DNA from: Camelus dromedarius
Lineage: Eukaryota
DNA: 64,000 nt
Reading direction: 5' to 3'
Assembly (NCBI RefSeq): GCF_036321535.1
Contig: NC_087436.1
Span: 83,392,001 to 83,456,000 of the forward strand
Each line of letters starts with the position of its first letter. The first letter of the stretch is position 1. Made by a program: the position numbers and the translations under genes. Positions 36,501 through 48,366 of the stretch are shown piece by piece. Below the pieces are notes generated by a model. That model had not been told where the DNA came from. It saw only the letters and a list, made by a program, of their open reading frames with translations, and did not search any database.

Positions 36501-39129
36501 CAAGTGTTTTAAAACCTCTTGATATCTTTGACCAACAAACTTTAACTAACTTTGGTACTGTTTCATGGGAACCTGAAATTCATCTGGGTTAGTTTCTTTT
36601 ATATTTCTGAGACTTTATGTAAGTGCTTAATTTCCTTAAAGCTAATTATAATAGAGCTCATTTACAAATTAATTTGGCAATACCATTCGGAAGTAGATAT
36701 ATATATATATATAATGAACACACAGACGTAGATATAATCAGAGATCTCATAGCTTCATTTTAAAACTTAGTCATAAATCAGGTATTGCAATGTAAAATTC
36801 ACTGGTTTATAAATAACAGTTGGAATAAGTTAAGTTTACTTGCTTGAGTTTGAAAGGCCTCTTTTCCCCTTTTTTGCCTCAGTCCCAGGAATTAGAGATG
36901 GTCTAGATAAGATACAGATAAGGATTCCTGAGAGCCCTGGTAGAACATTATTATCTCAAAGATGCAGGGAGGAAAATGCAGGCTCCTCTTAGGAGGCCTT
37001 TGTCCCCTTAGGGTCAGAATTTTGAAAAGATGTTTTATCAAGCGGGCTTTCTCTGACTGCTTATGCAGAACCAGTTTTGGATCTGGTTTTGTCTAACTGC
37101 TTATGCACAGACCAGTTTTGGAATGTCAAAAAGAGCCCCACCTGGGCCATTTCAGGGAGGATTTCCTTAGTTCCTAATTAAGTAAGTGCTTGCAAGTGTA
37201 AGTTCTGTACATATATAAACCCATCTGGATTATTGGGGTTATCTGGCACCCCCTTTTTCTTCTGTTTGGGAGACTATTTCTCATTTTAAAATTGGCTTGT
37301 CATAACAGAATCACTGTTGAAAACAGTAGGGGCCGGTGGGCTGTTTGTGAGTTTAGTTCTTCCAGGTGTTGCCCTGGAGTGGTTTCAGCTCTTTTGCGCA
37401 TCTTGTTTTCTCCTACCAGTAGTCTAAAACTGCCATGGGTGCTCTGAGCAGTGGGTGGCCAATTCTTTTAATGAGTTTTTCAATTAATGGGTGAGTTTCC
37501 CTATGGGACTGCTGCACAGTATGAGGACTCACCTCCACAATTTCCATAAATTTCTTGGTTGCCTGAGAAAGCCATAACCAGCCAACAGGAGCCGTGTCCT
37601 TTATCTTTGGAGCTGAAAGCTCCCATGTGGTATCTTAGAGGCAGGAAAACAGATGTGGGCCGTGAGGAGGGCCGAGTCCCAGGTCTCAGTTGAGCCCCTA
37701 GGACGTGTCCTGCCAAGTGTGGGTCCTTGGCTTCGCACAGCAAAGAATTCAAGTGTGAGCCACCGTTGAGTAAAGGTAGATTTATTTAGAGAGATACATA
37801 CTGCATAGAATGTAAGGCAAGAGAAAGGTAAGGAAAGAGGTGTGGGAATTGGGTGCTCAGGTTAAAGTAAAAGTAGGTACACACTCCACAGACAGAGTGT
37901 GGGCCGTCTCCAAAGGGGAGAGAGAGCGCAAAGGGCCACTAGGTGTGGTGGTGTCACTTTTTATGGTCTCAGTAGCTTCACATGCCCACAGGTGGGATCA
38001 ATCCAACTGCCCTGGGGAAGGGGCTGGCATTCCCAAGAATTGGGCCACCACCCATTCTTTGGCCTTTTGTGGTTAGCCTCAGGGCTATCATGGCGCCTGC
38101 GGGCATGTTATTTGATCATGCTGTTACAGTGAGCATATAATGAAGCTCAAGGTCTACTGGAAGTCAAACCTCTTAATCCTCAAGGCCAACTAGGAGGGGA
38201 CTCTTCCACAATTATGGTTGCTGTCATTCCTTGAGTGGCTGTGCCCTGCCCCCTTCCCTCCTGTCTCATCTTCACTTATAGTTCAACCAATTCTGTTGAT
38301 CTAGATGATTTGGGGCAAGATGTCAGGTCAGCTTCCTACCTAATCATGTAGTCTGAAGCTTCCCAGTGTCTTTCAGCTGAACAAAATCTTCCCATCCTCT
38401 TGCAGTTGGGCACTTTCTCAGAACCTTACAACTGAACACTTTCTCAGTATCTTAAAAATGAGAAGTCAGGTACCTTTTTTATCCACCACTGAATAAAACT
38501 CAGGATTGTTAGCCAAGACAGGAGATCTGAGACCAGGAAAGACTCAGCCAAATTCATCTGGGCCCTTGCTGTTACCAAGGTCCAGATCCTTGGAGGGTTC
38601 ATGTGAAGAAGAGAAGTTGGCTCTGGGTCCCTTCATGGTTGCCAGAACTGTCAGCTGAAATAAAAAGCACACATGAGAGCTGTGATTTTTGGGTTTATTC
38701 AGGGGCCTTACTGAGGACTATACAGCCTGGGAGACAGCCTCTCAGGTAGCTCTGAGGAACTGCGCCAAAGATGCAGGGGAAGAGCCAATCTATATTAATT
38801 TTTTTTTTTTTGGCCTGGGAAATACATGTAGTCAAGCATATATCTTGATAAAAGATAACTGCTAATCACACACACAAAAAAACAGATATCTCAAGTTAAT
38901 GATTTTAGTGCTTATTTGTGTATGGGAGGATGCAAGGATCTGAGGTCATTGAAATTCCTCCTTAGATATATGCATCCTAGATAGTTATATAGGGGCCCAC
39001 ATATCCAAAACACAGAACGCTTCATCCTGTTTTTCATCTCAAATTCCTTTCAGGGTGGACTATAGGTCAGTGACTGCAGTGGCTAATGACTTACAGAACT
39101 GCATGGCGGGCAACATTCTTTGTTTTACA
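33572..39129 (-). mobile_element. Decayed ERV1-class provirus with two LTRs
   Basis: Homologous LTRs at 33572-34020 and 38649-39129; PBS at 38627-38644; PPT at 34023-34034; env TM and integrase C-terminal remnants. Confidence 0.88.
37637..38268 (-). mobile_element. Solo LTR nested in the provirus
   Basis: 4-bp TSD TCTT (37633-37636 and 38269-38272); terminal inverted repeats AGAGGCAGGA / TCCTGTCTCA; AATAAA on - at 37781-37786. Confidence 0.8.
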
Positions 39130-39401
39130 GGCTTTGTCTCATGGGTAAAGCAGTACATTATCTGCAGTGTGAGAAACTTTTAGCATCTATGGTTAAGATG
39201 TACAATCATCTTTTTACATTAGTAGCTTTTATTTAAAAAACCTGAACATTTACCCCATTTTAAAGATGAGAAAAGAGAGGCTTAGTCATTAGCATACAGG
39301 ACATGGCAGAGCCTGGATCTGAGGCTCTACCCCACTTATCCACTGTTATTACATTGCCTGTTGTTTAGTGTTTTGTGCTGGTCTCAACCTATCAATAACC
39401 A

Positions 39402-39911
39402 GTGTTGTGGTTCTGATTAGGATTGCAAGATGCCCTTCAGCAATAACCATCAGGATACTTTGAAAAAAATTAAGGTTTATTATTTACAAGACCTGGAAAT
39501 TACATGGCACACTGGGGGAACACAGTGAGGTTGGTGGGGTTAGGGGTGGAGCAGAGAGAGTAAGGGAGTTGAGAGTGAGCTTCTGGGGTTCTGTTTTTAT
39601 TGGGGTTGAGGGGGTGGGCCTAGGATGTCATGGGCTCATTCTTAATTGGTAAACTTAAAACATAAGAGCAGCAGTTCAATGCATGGGAAGAGGGGAAAAA
39701 AAAAACAAGTGGCCCAAGTGGTCAGTTATCAGAGTCAACCAAGATCTCTCAAACAAGGGAGCTTCAGCCTGGCTCTTCATGTGGTCTAACCGTGTGGCTG
39801 GCCGTCTGTTTATTCCTGATGGCTGTCTTTGAAGTGGATGCCTCCTCAATCAAAGCTTAAGTCAGGACTTGTATGGCAAAAAAAGGAGAACAAAACTGTC
39901 AGGGCTCACAC
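39402..39911 (-). mobile_element. Old LTR-like element, family not assigned
   Basis: TG...CA ends, - strand AATAAA, LTR-like composition. Confidence 0.45.
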
Positions 39912-41590
39912 TAGTTAGTTATTGGTATACCTTGGTAAGTTATTGGTGACGGTGTCTGCTTAGAGGAAATGGAAGATATTCAAACTGTAGAAGTGCAGTA
40001 TATTACAGAGAAGCATAAGTGGAAAGCATTTTCATAATGTCAGTTTTTTTTAATTTTTAGAAAAAAATACAGAAAAGCAAAAAACTACTATGACCAACAG
40101 CTTTGTATCTATGATCCAGAATAAACAGATAGTGTTTGCTTTAGATTTTTTAATGAAAGAATTACTGATACCAGTGAAATTCTTTCATCCCTTTAATTCT
40201 GTTCCTCTCTTCTCACCCTCCTTTCCTACACAGATAGAACTCTTATGAATGTTATGCATATTCTTTCATGTTTTTATTTTTATAATATATTAAGACAAAG
40301 ATCTTCTTACATTAATGTTTTTATTAAATAAGCATTTCATAGATACATCATATACATAATTTCACACTCATAAACCAATCCTGTAGCCATAAGCAGTATA
40401 ATAATAATCACTAACACCTACAAGGCAGCCTTGGTTCTAAGAACTTTACATCTGTTAACGCATTTAATTTTTATAATAGTCCTGTAAGTTATGTATTCTC
40501 ATTCTCCCCATTTTATAGATGAACAGATTGAGGCACAGAGAGATTAAATAACTTGCCCAAGGGTCATAAGCCATAAGTGGCAGAGCCACTGCCTCTTATA
40601 GATGGCACTGTTTTAAGTGTGAAAAAACAACTTACATAAATGCTATCATATTGTACTTAAGATTCAAAAACTTGGCTTTTACTCAGCATTGTTCTTGAGA
40701 TTCTATTCCTTTGGATAAATGTAGATCTAGTTAGTTCCATTAAAGCGCTGGGCTTTTTGTTCTTCATCATGTGACTTTACTGTCTTCTTGTACGTTCATG
40801 TGAGTCCCTCTGGGTCACCACCTGGTAGGAGAGCGGCTGGGTCAAAGGGTATTTTCATTTTCAGCTTTTCTAGATATTGGCAACTTTTTCTCCGAGGTGT
40901 TCGTATCTCAGTTCACATTCCCACTAGTGAGTCTCAAATATGCATACAGACAATGGCCAGACCCCATGTGAAAAGAGAACACTGACCTGCAGCCTGCAGA
41001 AACCTGCCCAGGAAGCCAGCTTGCTAGAAGTCTGGCTTGCAGGAAACTGTTGTCTTAATTAGCACTTGACTGATCATTAGTGAAGTGGAACCATTGTATA
41101 AGACACTTCTTTCCAGAGGTGATTAAGAGATTTATAGAAAGGAATTAGGAAATTATACTTTTTCAAATAGATGAGGATACAAATATCAGCTGGCTTCAAT
41201 TTTTTTCATTTCTGAAGAAAAAGGAAGTAGCCTCAAACCATTATCTTAGACTTTTTCTTTTAAGCAGAAAAAGTATTTTCTTCTGAACTAAATTAAGTCG
41301 GACCATAAACAAGATGAAAACTGGAATGCCTCAGGGGAAATAAAGTCAGTAGTATGGCTTTGCCTATCTGGCCCCCTCCCCTTCTTTCTTGCACCTCTGC
41401 CTCCAGATCACCTGAGACTCCTTGGTGGAATCCTGGGGCTGGAACCTACAAGATGCCATAGGATGCCTTCTGGTGTGAGAATTTGATGAGATTTTTTTCT
41501 TTCTCTCTCAACTTCAGTGTAGAAGGGGAACTTGAGAAATTCTACAAGACTTTGGGCTAACTGTGTTCTATTTCTTTGGTCTCCTGGCAG

Positions 41591-41774
41591 GCAGGAATTT
41601 GTGGAAGCTTATGTGAATTATGTCTTCCAAATCTCAGTTCACGAATGGTACACAGCCTTCTCCAGCGGCTTCCTAAAGGTGTGTGGTGGCAAAGTGCTTG
41701 AGCTCTTCCAGCCTTCAGAACTGAGGGCCATGATGGTGGGGAACAGCAACTACAACTGGGAGGAACTGGAAGAG
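41591..41774 (+). CDS. HERC3: HERC3 exon (RQEFVEAYVNY...NWEELEE)
   Basis: ctcctggcAG / GAG|GTaagc, 184 nt, phase 2 to 0; within ORF 41532..41801. Confidence 0.95.
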
Positions 41775-41913
41775 GTAAGCCTGAAAGACATGGTCTTTTA
41801 ACTCTGAGGGAGGAGCAGTGGCCTGGGTGGGAATGCCCAGAGCCTGGCCTCTTTCCAAATGTTGTGTGACTGAGTAGGATCTGGAGGTCTGCTGTATCTC
41901 AGCGGTTATATCT

Positions 41914-42180
41914 TTTTTTTTTTTTTTAAATTGAAGTATAGTTGATTTACAATGTTAGTTTCAGGTGTACAGCAAAATGATTCAGTTATACATACATATA
42001 TATATATATTCCTTTTCAGATTCTTTTCCATTGTAGGTTATTATAAGATACTGAATATGGTTCCCTGTGCTATAAAGTAGATTTTGTAGGTTTTTTTTTT
42101 TCAGTGGAAGTACTGGGGATTGAACCCAGGACCTCATGCATGCTAAGCATGCGCTCTACCGCTAAGCTATTACCCTCCCC
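41914..42180 (-). mobile_element. L1 3' tail (41914-42072) plus tRNA-derived SINE (42089-42180)
   Basis: polyT-aaattgaagtatagttgatttacaatg; polyT...ggggattgaacccaggacc...gctattaccctcccc. Confidence 0.85.
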
Positions 42181-42262
42181 CAACACAGCAGTTATTTCCT
42201 CTCCAGTGCATATGTCCACTGTAATATTTTTCTTAAGATGATTTTTTTTCTTTTTTGGGCAG

Positions 42263-42365
42263 ACTGCCATCTACAGGGGTGATTACTCAGCCGCACATCC
42301 CACTGTGAGACTATTTTGGGAAACATTTCATGAGTTCCCACTGGAAAAGAAGAAGAAGTTTCTCT
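42263..42365 (+). CDS. HERC3: HERC3 exon (TAIYRGDYSAAHPTVRLFWETFHEFPLEKKKKFL)
   Basis: ttttttgggcAG / T|GTaagt, 103 nt, ends in phase 1. Confidence 0.95.
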
Positions 42366-42749
42366 GTAAGTATTAGTAATGTCAGTATGGTATATGTCCA
42401 CATTTCAGTTTTGCATATGGTATAGGATGGCATACTCTATGGGTAAAGTTCAACTCTTAAATGGTAAAGAGTAAGTAAGGAAATATATTTACACTGTTGT
42501 CTTATGATATCAGGCACAGAGGGTGTTATTCCTTAGTTGCTGCCTAATAGAATGGACTGCATGAAAGGAAGAAAAAAGCATTTCACTGATTTTTTAATTG
42601 CTCTAAAAATACTAGTTTTATATGTGACTCCTTTAAGTATTATATTAATGAAATCAAACTGTTTGGATTAACCTCCCTTATCTCTCTAGCCTTTTGAAAA
42701 TATTAGTGTTCATGGCAGATTTAACTGGGGAGATGTGATTTATAATAGC

Positions 42750-43020
42750 TTTGTTGAGATTTAATTCACATGCACATACTAGACAACTCAGCCATTTAAA
42801 ATGTACATTTCATTGGTTTTCAGTATACTCCACAGTGTGCGGCTGTCAACTTCAGAACATGTTCATCACCTTAAGCAGCAGCCCTGTGCCCATTAGCAGT
42901 CTTTCCCTGTTTTCTCCCAACCTCCTATCCCTTTACCAGTCTGCTTTCTCTCTGGCGTCGCCTGTTGTGGACATTTCATATAAATGGAGTCATACAATAA
43001 GTGGTCCTTTGTGACTGGCT
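42750..43020 (-). mobile_element. LINE-1 3' fragment (L1MB-like)
   Basis: ttgagatttaattcacat...ggacatttcatataaatgga. Confidence 0.75.
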
Positions 43021-44165
43021 GGATGACATTTGAGAACGGTAATTAATACATTTGGAAAGGAGAATGAAGTCTAGTTTACATGAACTGAGCCTTTTAAAAA
43101 AATAGTAGGAATCTTTGTGTCATTGTATAATCACGTTGATAAACTAGCCAGTGAATAGTATACATTTTTTATCTGTATAAAATTTTTTTAAAAACTAGGA
43201 TTTGAGAGGCAGTCTCTTTTGCTTTATAAGAAAGAGCATATGTTAGTATTAATGCAAGATTTATCCCTGGATTCTACTGCTCATGTGCAAGAATGAGAGG
43301 CAGCAGAGAGCTTACAGAAGAATTCCTAAAGAGAGCCCTGTTTCTCCTCTGCCCCGTTACACGGGCTCTTGAGAAGCCGTGGCATGTGAGTCAAGTGATG
43401 GGGTGAGGTTTGCCAGCAGAGCTTGTAAAGCAGTGACATCAGGTGGAGCCTGCTCCTGGTCCAGGGATTATCCTTAAAAGAAGACATTTTTCTGTTCAGA
43501 GATTTACATAAGTTTTATTAACTCTACAGACTTTGATAAGAATGTGTATCTATTTCAGCCTCAGGTAGTGGCAAGTTATTTGAAAGTGCTCCTTAACTAA
43601 GGATTTCACTGTAGTAATTTTTCCAGCAATTGAACAAAGAAGGTTCTCGAGTGCTAGAAAACAGGAAAAGACAGCTGGGTTGGTCTTTTTTCCCCCAAGT
43701 CCCAGTGTGTCACAAGAGTGAAACGTCTCATATAATGTCAGCGTCAGCTCTTCTGGTTTAAGAAAAATGGAGAGACAGGCAAAGGCAAGCAAACATCCCA
43801 AATGGAAATTCACCAGCCAGGGGGTATAAGCACAGACATCTGAGGGGAGAGGAGGCCTCTAGTCAGAGACTCAGGTCGTCTTCCTGCTTTCCCCGAGGTC
43901 AGCAGTTCCCTTCAATGAAAAGTATAGACTTTTTATCCACATAAAACCAACAACCAGGATTTGAAAGGCAATCTCTCTCGCTCTGTAAGAGTGAGCTTAT
44001 ATTAGTATTAATGCAGTATGTATGTATCGTAATGACACATGAAAGTGGTTGCACTTCTCATAGGAGCCACAGGGTGTCATCCTTTCCCTTCTGTTCCTCC
44101 CAGGCCGCCAACACCAGTCCCCCCCTATTTGTGTAGTTGGTAATTCCCATTCCCTCTCTCCACAG

Positions 44166-44374
44166 TGTTCCTGACGGGTAGTGATCGGATTCCCATCTAC
44201 GGCATGGCCAGCCTGCAGATCGTCATCCAGTCCACAGCCAGCGGGGAGGAGTACTTGCCTGTGGCCCACACTTGCTACAACCTTCTTGACCTCCCCAAAT
44301 ACAGCAGCAAAGAGGTCCTGAGTGCACGGCTGACCCAGGCCCTGGACAACTACGAGGGGTTCAGCTTGGCCTGA
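44166..44374 (+). CDS. HERC3: HERC3 last coding exon, HECT C-lobe with catalytic Cys (AHTCYN; TGC at 44273-44275)
   Basis: ctctctccacAG acceptor; LFLTGSDRIP...LPVAHTCYNLLDLPKY...YEGFSLA, stop TGA at 44372-44374. Confidence 0.96.
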
Positions 44375-45850
44375 GGCTCCCCAGCTTGCCCCAGATTTCC
44401 CTTCCTTCCTCAGCGTCCACCTTGAGGCCCATATAGAAAATCATGGGCGTGAGTTCTATTTTTCTATTGCATAAGTGGGTTGGGACTTGTGACTCCTGAA
44501 CCTGGTTGATGGTTTTCTGGGGTGGTAAGCAGGAACCTTTTTGAAAAATCAGGGGCTGGGGATGGGGTGAAAAATTGGCTCTTGTGTGGGAGGGGTTTTT
44601 GTTTTTAAACCAAATTAGCCCGTATTCCTTGCACTTGTGGCTGTGTTGCACTCTGCTGGATAAAATGGCAGTGGATTTTTAAACTCACATTTCCCCAGTG
44701 TCTCTCTCAGCCCTGATCTTTCCTCACGATGCTTCCTTGTCCTTCGTCTAACTTCTCATTCCTCTGCAAGAATGATTTGATTATCCGTCCTTTCTCACCT
44801 GCACATGCAGAATGTCTCCTTTCTCTGCAGCCTTGGAAATGCTCCTGGCTTGTTGCAGCCCTGCCCTAAGGACAAAGGAAAGAAAGGACTACTTCAGAAA
44901 TTGTTAAGTCCAACAAGCTGAATCTGGGTCCATTACTTTGGCGGAACTCTGGAGAACTGATGGGAGCCCTCTGATAAACACGCCTTGCTTAAAAAAAAAA
45001 CTTCTCGAGGGACAAGCCATCTCCCTATGGCTCTGCCTATTCCTGGCCCTCCTTAAAGGTGTGCAGAGCTTCGCAGCTGAGCTGAATTTTGTTTGGTTGC
45101 TCCGCCAAGTCCTTCTGACGATAAGATGAGGTGGCAGGCCCCCAACCCTTCCATTATTTTGCTTTGAAGCAAGTTGCATTAATTTTTTAAGGAATATTTT
45201 CTCCCAGAAAAGTAGAAATAATAAATTTCTTGTCCCCTTTCCCTATCACTTTATGTCTCTACTACTTCGTCTCCCCACTGCCCTCTTCACTCCGTCCCCA
45301 TCTTTGTGACCTGACTTCATGCTCCCCTCCTCTCCATCTAGTGGATGCATGCGGTCTGTTTTTTTATTTCTATTTAAACTGCAAAGTTTCTACTCAGATT
45401 TTTTTTTCCCCTTTTCCCTAACTGCTAAGACTTAAGGACATTCTTCATTATGGAACTTTTGTTTATTGCATTTGAAATGTTTGTTTACAATGGGATTTCA
45501 GGGGGTTGTGTTTAAAGCAAATATGTGTATCTCCGAAATCATGACATGCTCAACCTTCATCCGGGGTAAGGAAATTCTACATGAGCAAAGAATCCATGTC
45601 AGCCTAATTTTAAATTCCTAGTCACTAGAGAAAAAAACTTATTTATATAAAATGAAGTATTTATGAACCGTGAGTCAGCATCAAATCTCAATGAAGGACT
45701 GTAGATTTTTGCTTTTTCTTTTGGTTTTTAAAATTTATTCCAATTGCTAAATTGGTAGTTTTTCAGTCTTTATAATACAAGATTAAAAAAGATATACAGT
45801 TATATGAAATGTTTATTTTCTATGTGTGTGCATATAGTTCAATATTATGC

Positions 45851-45856
45851 AATAAA
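45851..45856 (+). terminator. HERC3: HERC3 polyadenylation signal
   Basis: AATAAA about 1.5 kb after the stop, in an AU-rich context and followed by GT/T-rich sequence. Confidence 0.8.
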
Positions 45857-48366
45857 TTTGGTGTTTTAATGTAACCAGAACTGTTTCTTCTTGTACCTGC
45901 TAAATAGGTAGTTTGCTTTCAGTAGAAGAATTACATCATCTACCCAAGTAATCTAATAGAAGATCAAATTTCGTTCCTGCCACGAGAAAGGAGAACTGCT
46001 GGGGAAATGAAGAGGAAAGCAGGGTAGAGGAGCAGGTGGCATTAAGAATGGATAGGATTCCAGAAGCTTGTGACAGGTGACAAGGCATTTCCCGTGGAGG
46101 GGCAGGCCTTAGCAAGGGCTTGAAGTGGGAGCGTATTTAGAGAAAGGCCAGGAACAATTTGAAGGGAGCATCAGAGGAAACAGAATAATGGTAAGTATGA
46201 CTGGGGAGAAAGAAGGCAGGTTTGGGGCTGAGGAACCAGGCTAAGGCCTTGAAACGTCCAAATGTTCAGAACCTCGGGGTAGAGGAAGGAGGCAGTGATA
46301 TGACTTGAGCCTGGTTTTAAGACGGAAACGTGGATGGGGGATACATGTGGAGGAATTGGAATGAGGAGGACAGAGCAGAAAGACAGCAACTGAGAGCAGT
46401 GTAAACAGACGTGTGGACAGGAGAAAGGGGAGTGGGCGACGAGAGCCTTAAGGGAAAAGGAGAAATTAAAGTTGAATCCAAGACTTACTAATCTAACAGC
46501 TGATGCTTACCTCACTTGTTCACAGCAAAAAACTTTTTTTCAAAAAAATTTAAAAATAATTACTATATACTGTACTGTAATGTACTGTTAGTAATGGAAA
46601 GCTACTGTTCTCTTTACCACCTTTAAACCATTAAGTTCCGTTCAACAAACACTTAATAGCATATATATGTGCTAAGTTTGAGGGACAAAAAAGCCTGTTC
46701 CATTTAAATTTCTAGGCCTCCAGAATCCTCATCCATGAAATAAGGAGTTTGGACCAGATAATTTCTAAGGTCCCTTTGAGCTCTGAAATTCTAAAATCTC
46801 ATCACCAAAAGCAGTGCCTGCACATAGATATGCTCAATAAATTCTTCCAGATATTTGTTGCATGAGTGAAGTTTTCTAAAAATGATTTTTTTCTGGCATA
46901 TTTTCCTCTTTTCCCTTCATCACTTAGTTTTGGAAGATTCTAGATAGGCATTTCTAGATTTACTTACCTTCCTCGCCTGCAGACATTTGGAAGTTTCTCC
47001 ACTGTATTCATAAATGTACCAGTTTAATGAAAAAATAATTTCATTAAAATAAGGCAGTAGGTGGGATTCAATGAAAGTGTAACCAGGCAATGTAGCCAAT
47101 TCTGATAGCTCCATTTCCATGTGAAAGCTTTTTGATGACTAGACTAGTTCTGTATTAATAACCTTGGAGAGCTGGGGTTGGCAAACTATAGCCCATGAGC
47201 TAAAATAGGTTTTATATTTTTAAAATATAAAAAAAGAAAAAAGAGATACATGACAGCAGTTGTCTGGCCTACACAGCCTAACATATTAATACGTGGCCCT
47301 TAATGGAGAAAGATTTGCCCCAACTCTTTGAGATCAGACTTGCAGGAATCATAACAATAGAGCTGGTAACTTACTGAAGTCTTAGGAGGAACGTGGTCAT
47401 AGCTGACACTGAACCAGAGAGAACAAATGTGTGGGCCTTTCTGCCACAGGGGTGAGAAGAATCAAGCTGTGTCTAAGATTAAAGCACAGAAATAGGCACC
47501 AAGGTTTTAACTGTCATAATCACCACCAGGTACTGACTGTGCGCTGGACCCTGCGCTGAGCATTATCTATGCACTAATCAGTTTAACTGCCACCTCTGCC
47601 CTCCTGGCTCGACCACTTACCAGCTGTGTGGCCTTGGGCAGGTTACTTAACCTCTTGCACCTCATTTTCTTCCTATTGAAAATGGGAATAGAAATAGTGC
47701 CTACCTCATGGAGTTGTTAATGAGAATTAAGTTAATTAATTAAGGGAAAGCATGTGGGACAGTGCCTAGCATGTAACAAACTCTCAGTAACTAAAATTAC
47801 TATTCTTACCCTAATTTTTCACATGAAAAAATGAATGTTTAGAGAAAATTTGTTCACTGTCAGAGTGGTGGGACATGGACCATTAATCTGTACTGTGCCA
47901 AGCTGCTAGAGGTGGGCAGCAAATTTGACTAGAAATGGGTCACTAGAGATGAGGTTGCCTAGTGGCCAAATGAAAGAGACATCATGATGTAGCAGGTCAC
48001 TTCCTTGACCACCCATCTGCAGAGATGCTGCAGGGAGCTTTGTTTTCCTGCCACTGTACAGTTCAGTAAGGCAGTTCTATGACTGTGGGACTAAAATACG
48101 GATCAGGTGTGCTGTTCCTGTAGCATCCGCAGTAGGTCTCATTGGAGCTGTTGTCATTGAGTACGGGGTCTCTGTTGGCATTCAGTGGTCAGCTAAGTAT
48201 CTGTTAACTTCTCCCAGACCATAGTTTGGAAGTGATGGCCTAACAGTAGCTTCCAGGTTGGAGAACGTGTGGAGGTACTGGGAGCGTGGTGTGCCTGAAG
48301 AGGGCATCACAGCTCCATGCCCCTTCCCGCATACCTTCCATCTGGCTGCTCCTGAGTTGCAGGACT

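Larger units (their letters stand above)
6346..45875 (+). other. HERC3: HERC3 gene, 3' portion (HECT E3 ubiquitin ligase); 5' exons lie upstream of the window
   Basis: Ten GT-AG exons with compatible phases splice into KARPSIIQ...GEEAVDAGGVTKEFF...LPVAHTCYNLLDLPKY...YEGFSLA*, which I recognise as the HERC3 C-terminus; nested NAP1L5 matches known synteny. Confidence 0.96.

Noticed and set aside
43332..43369. Short hairpin AGAGCCC...GGGCTCT
   Set aside because: The stem is too short for a pre-miRNA and is expected by chance
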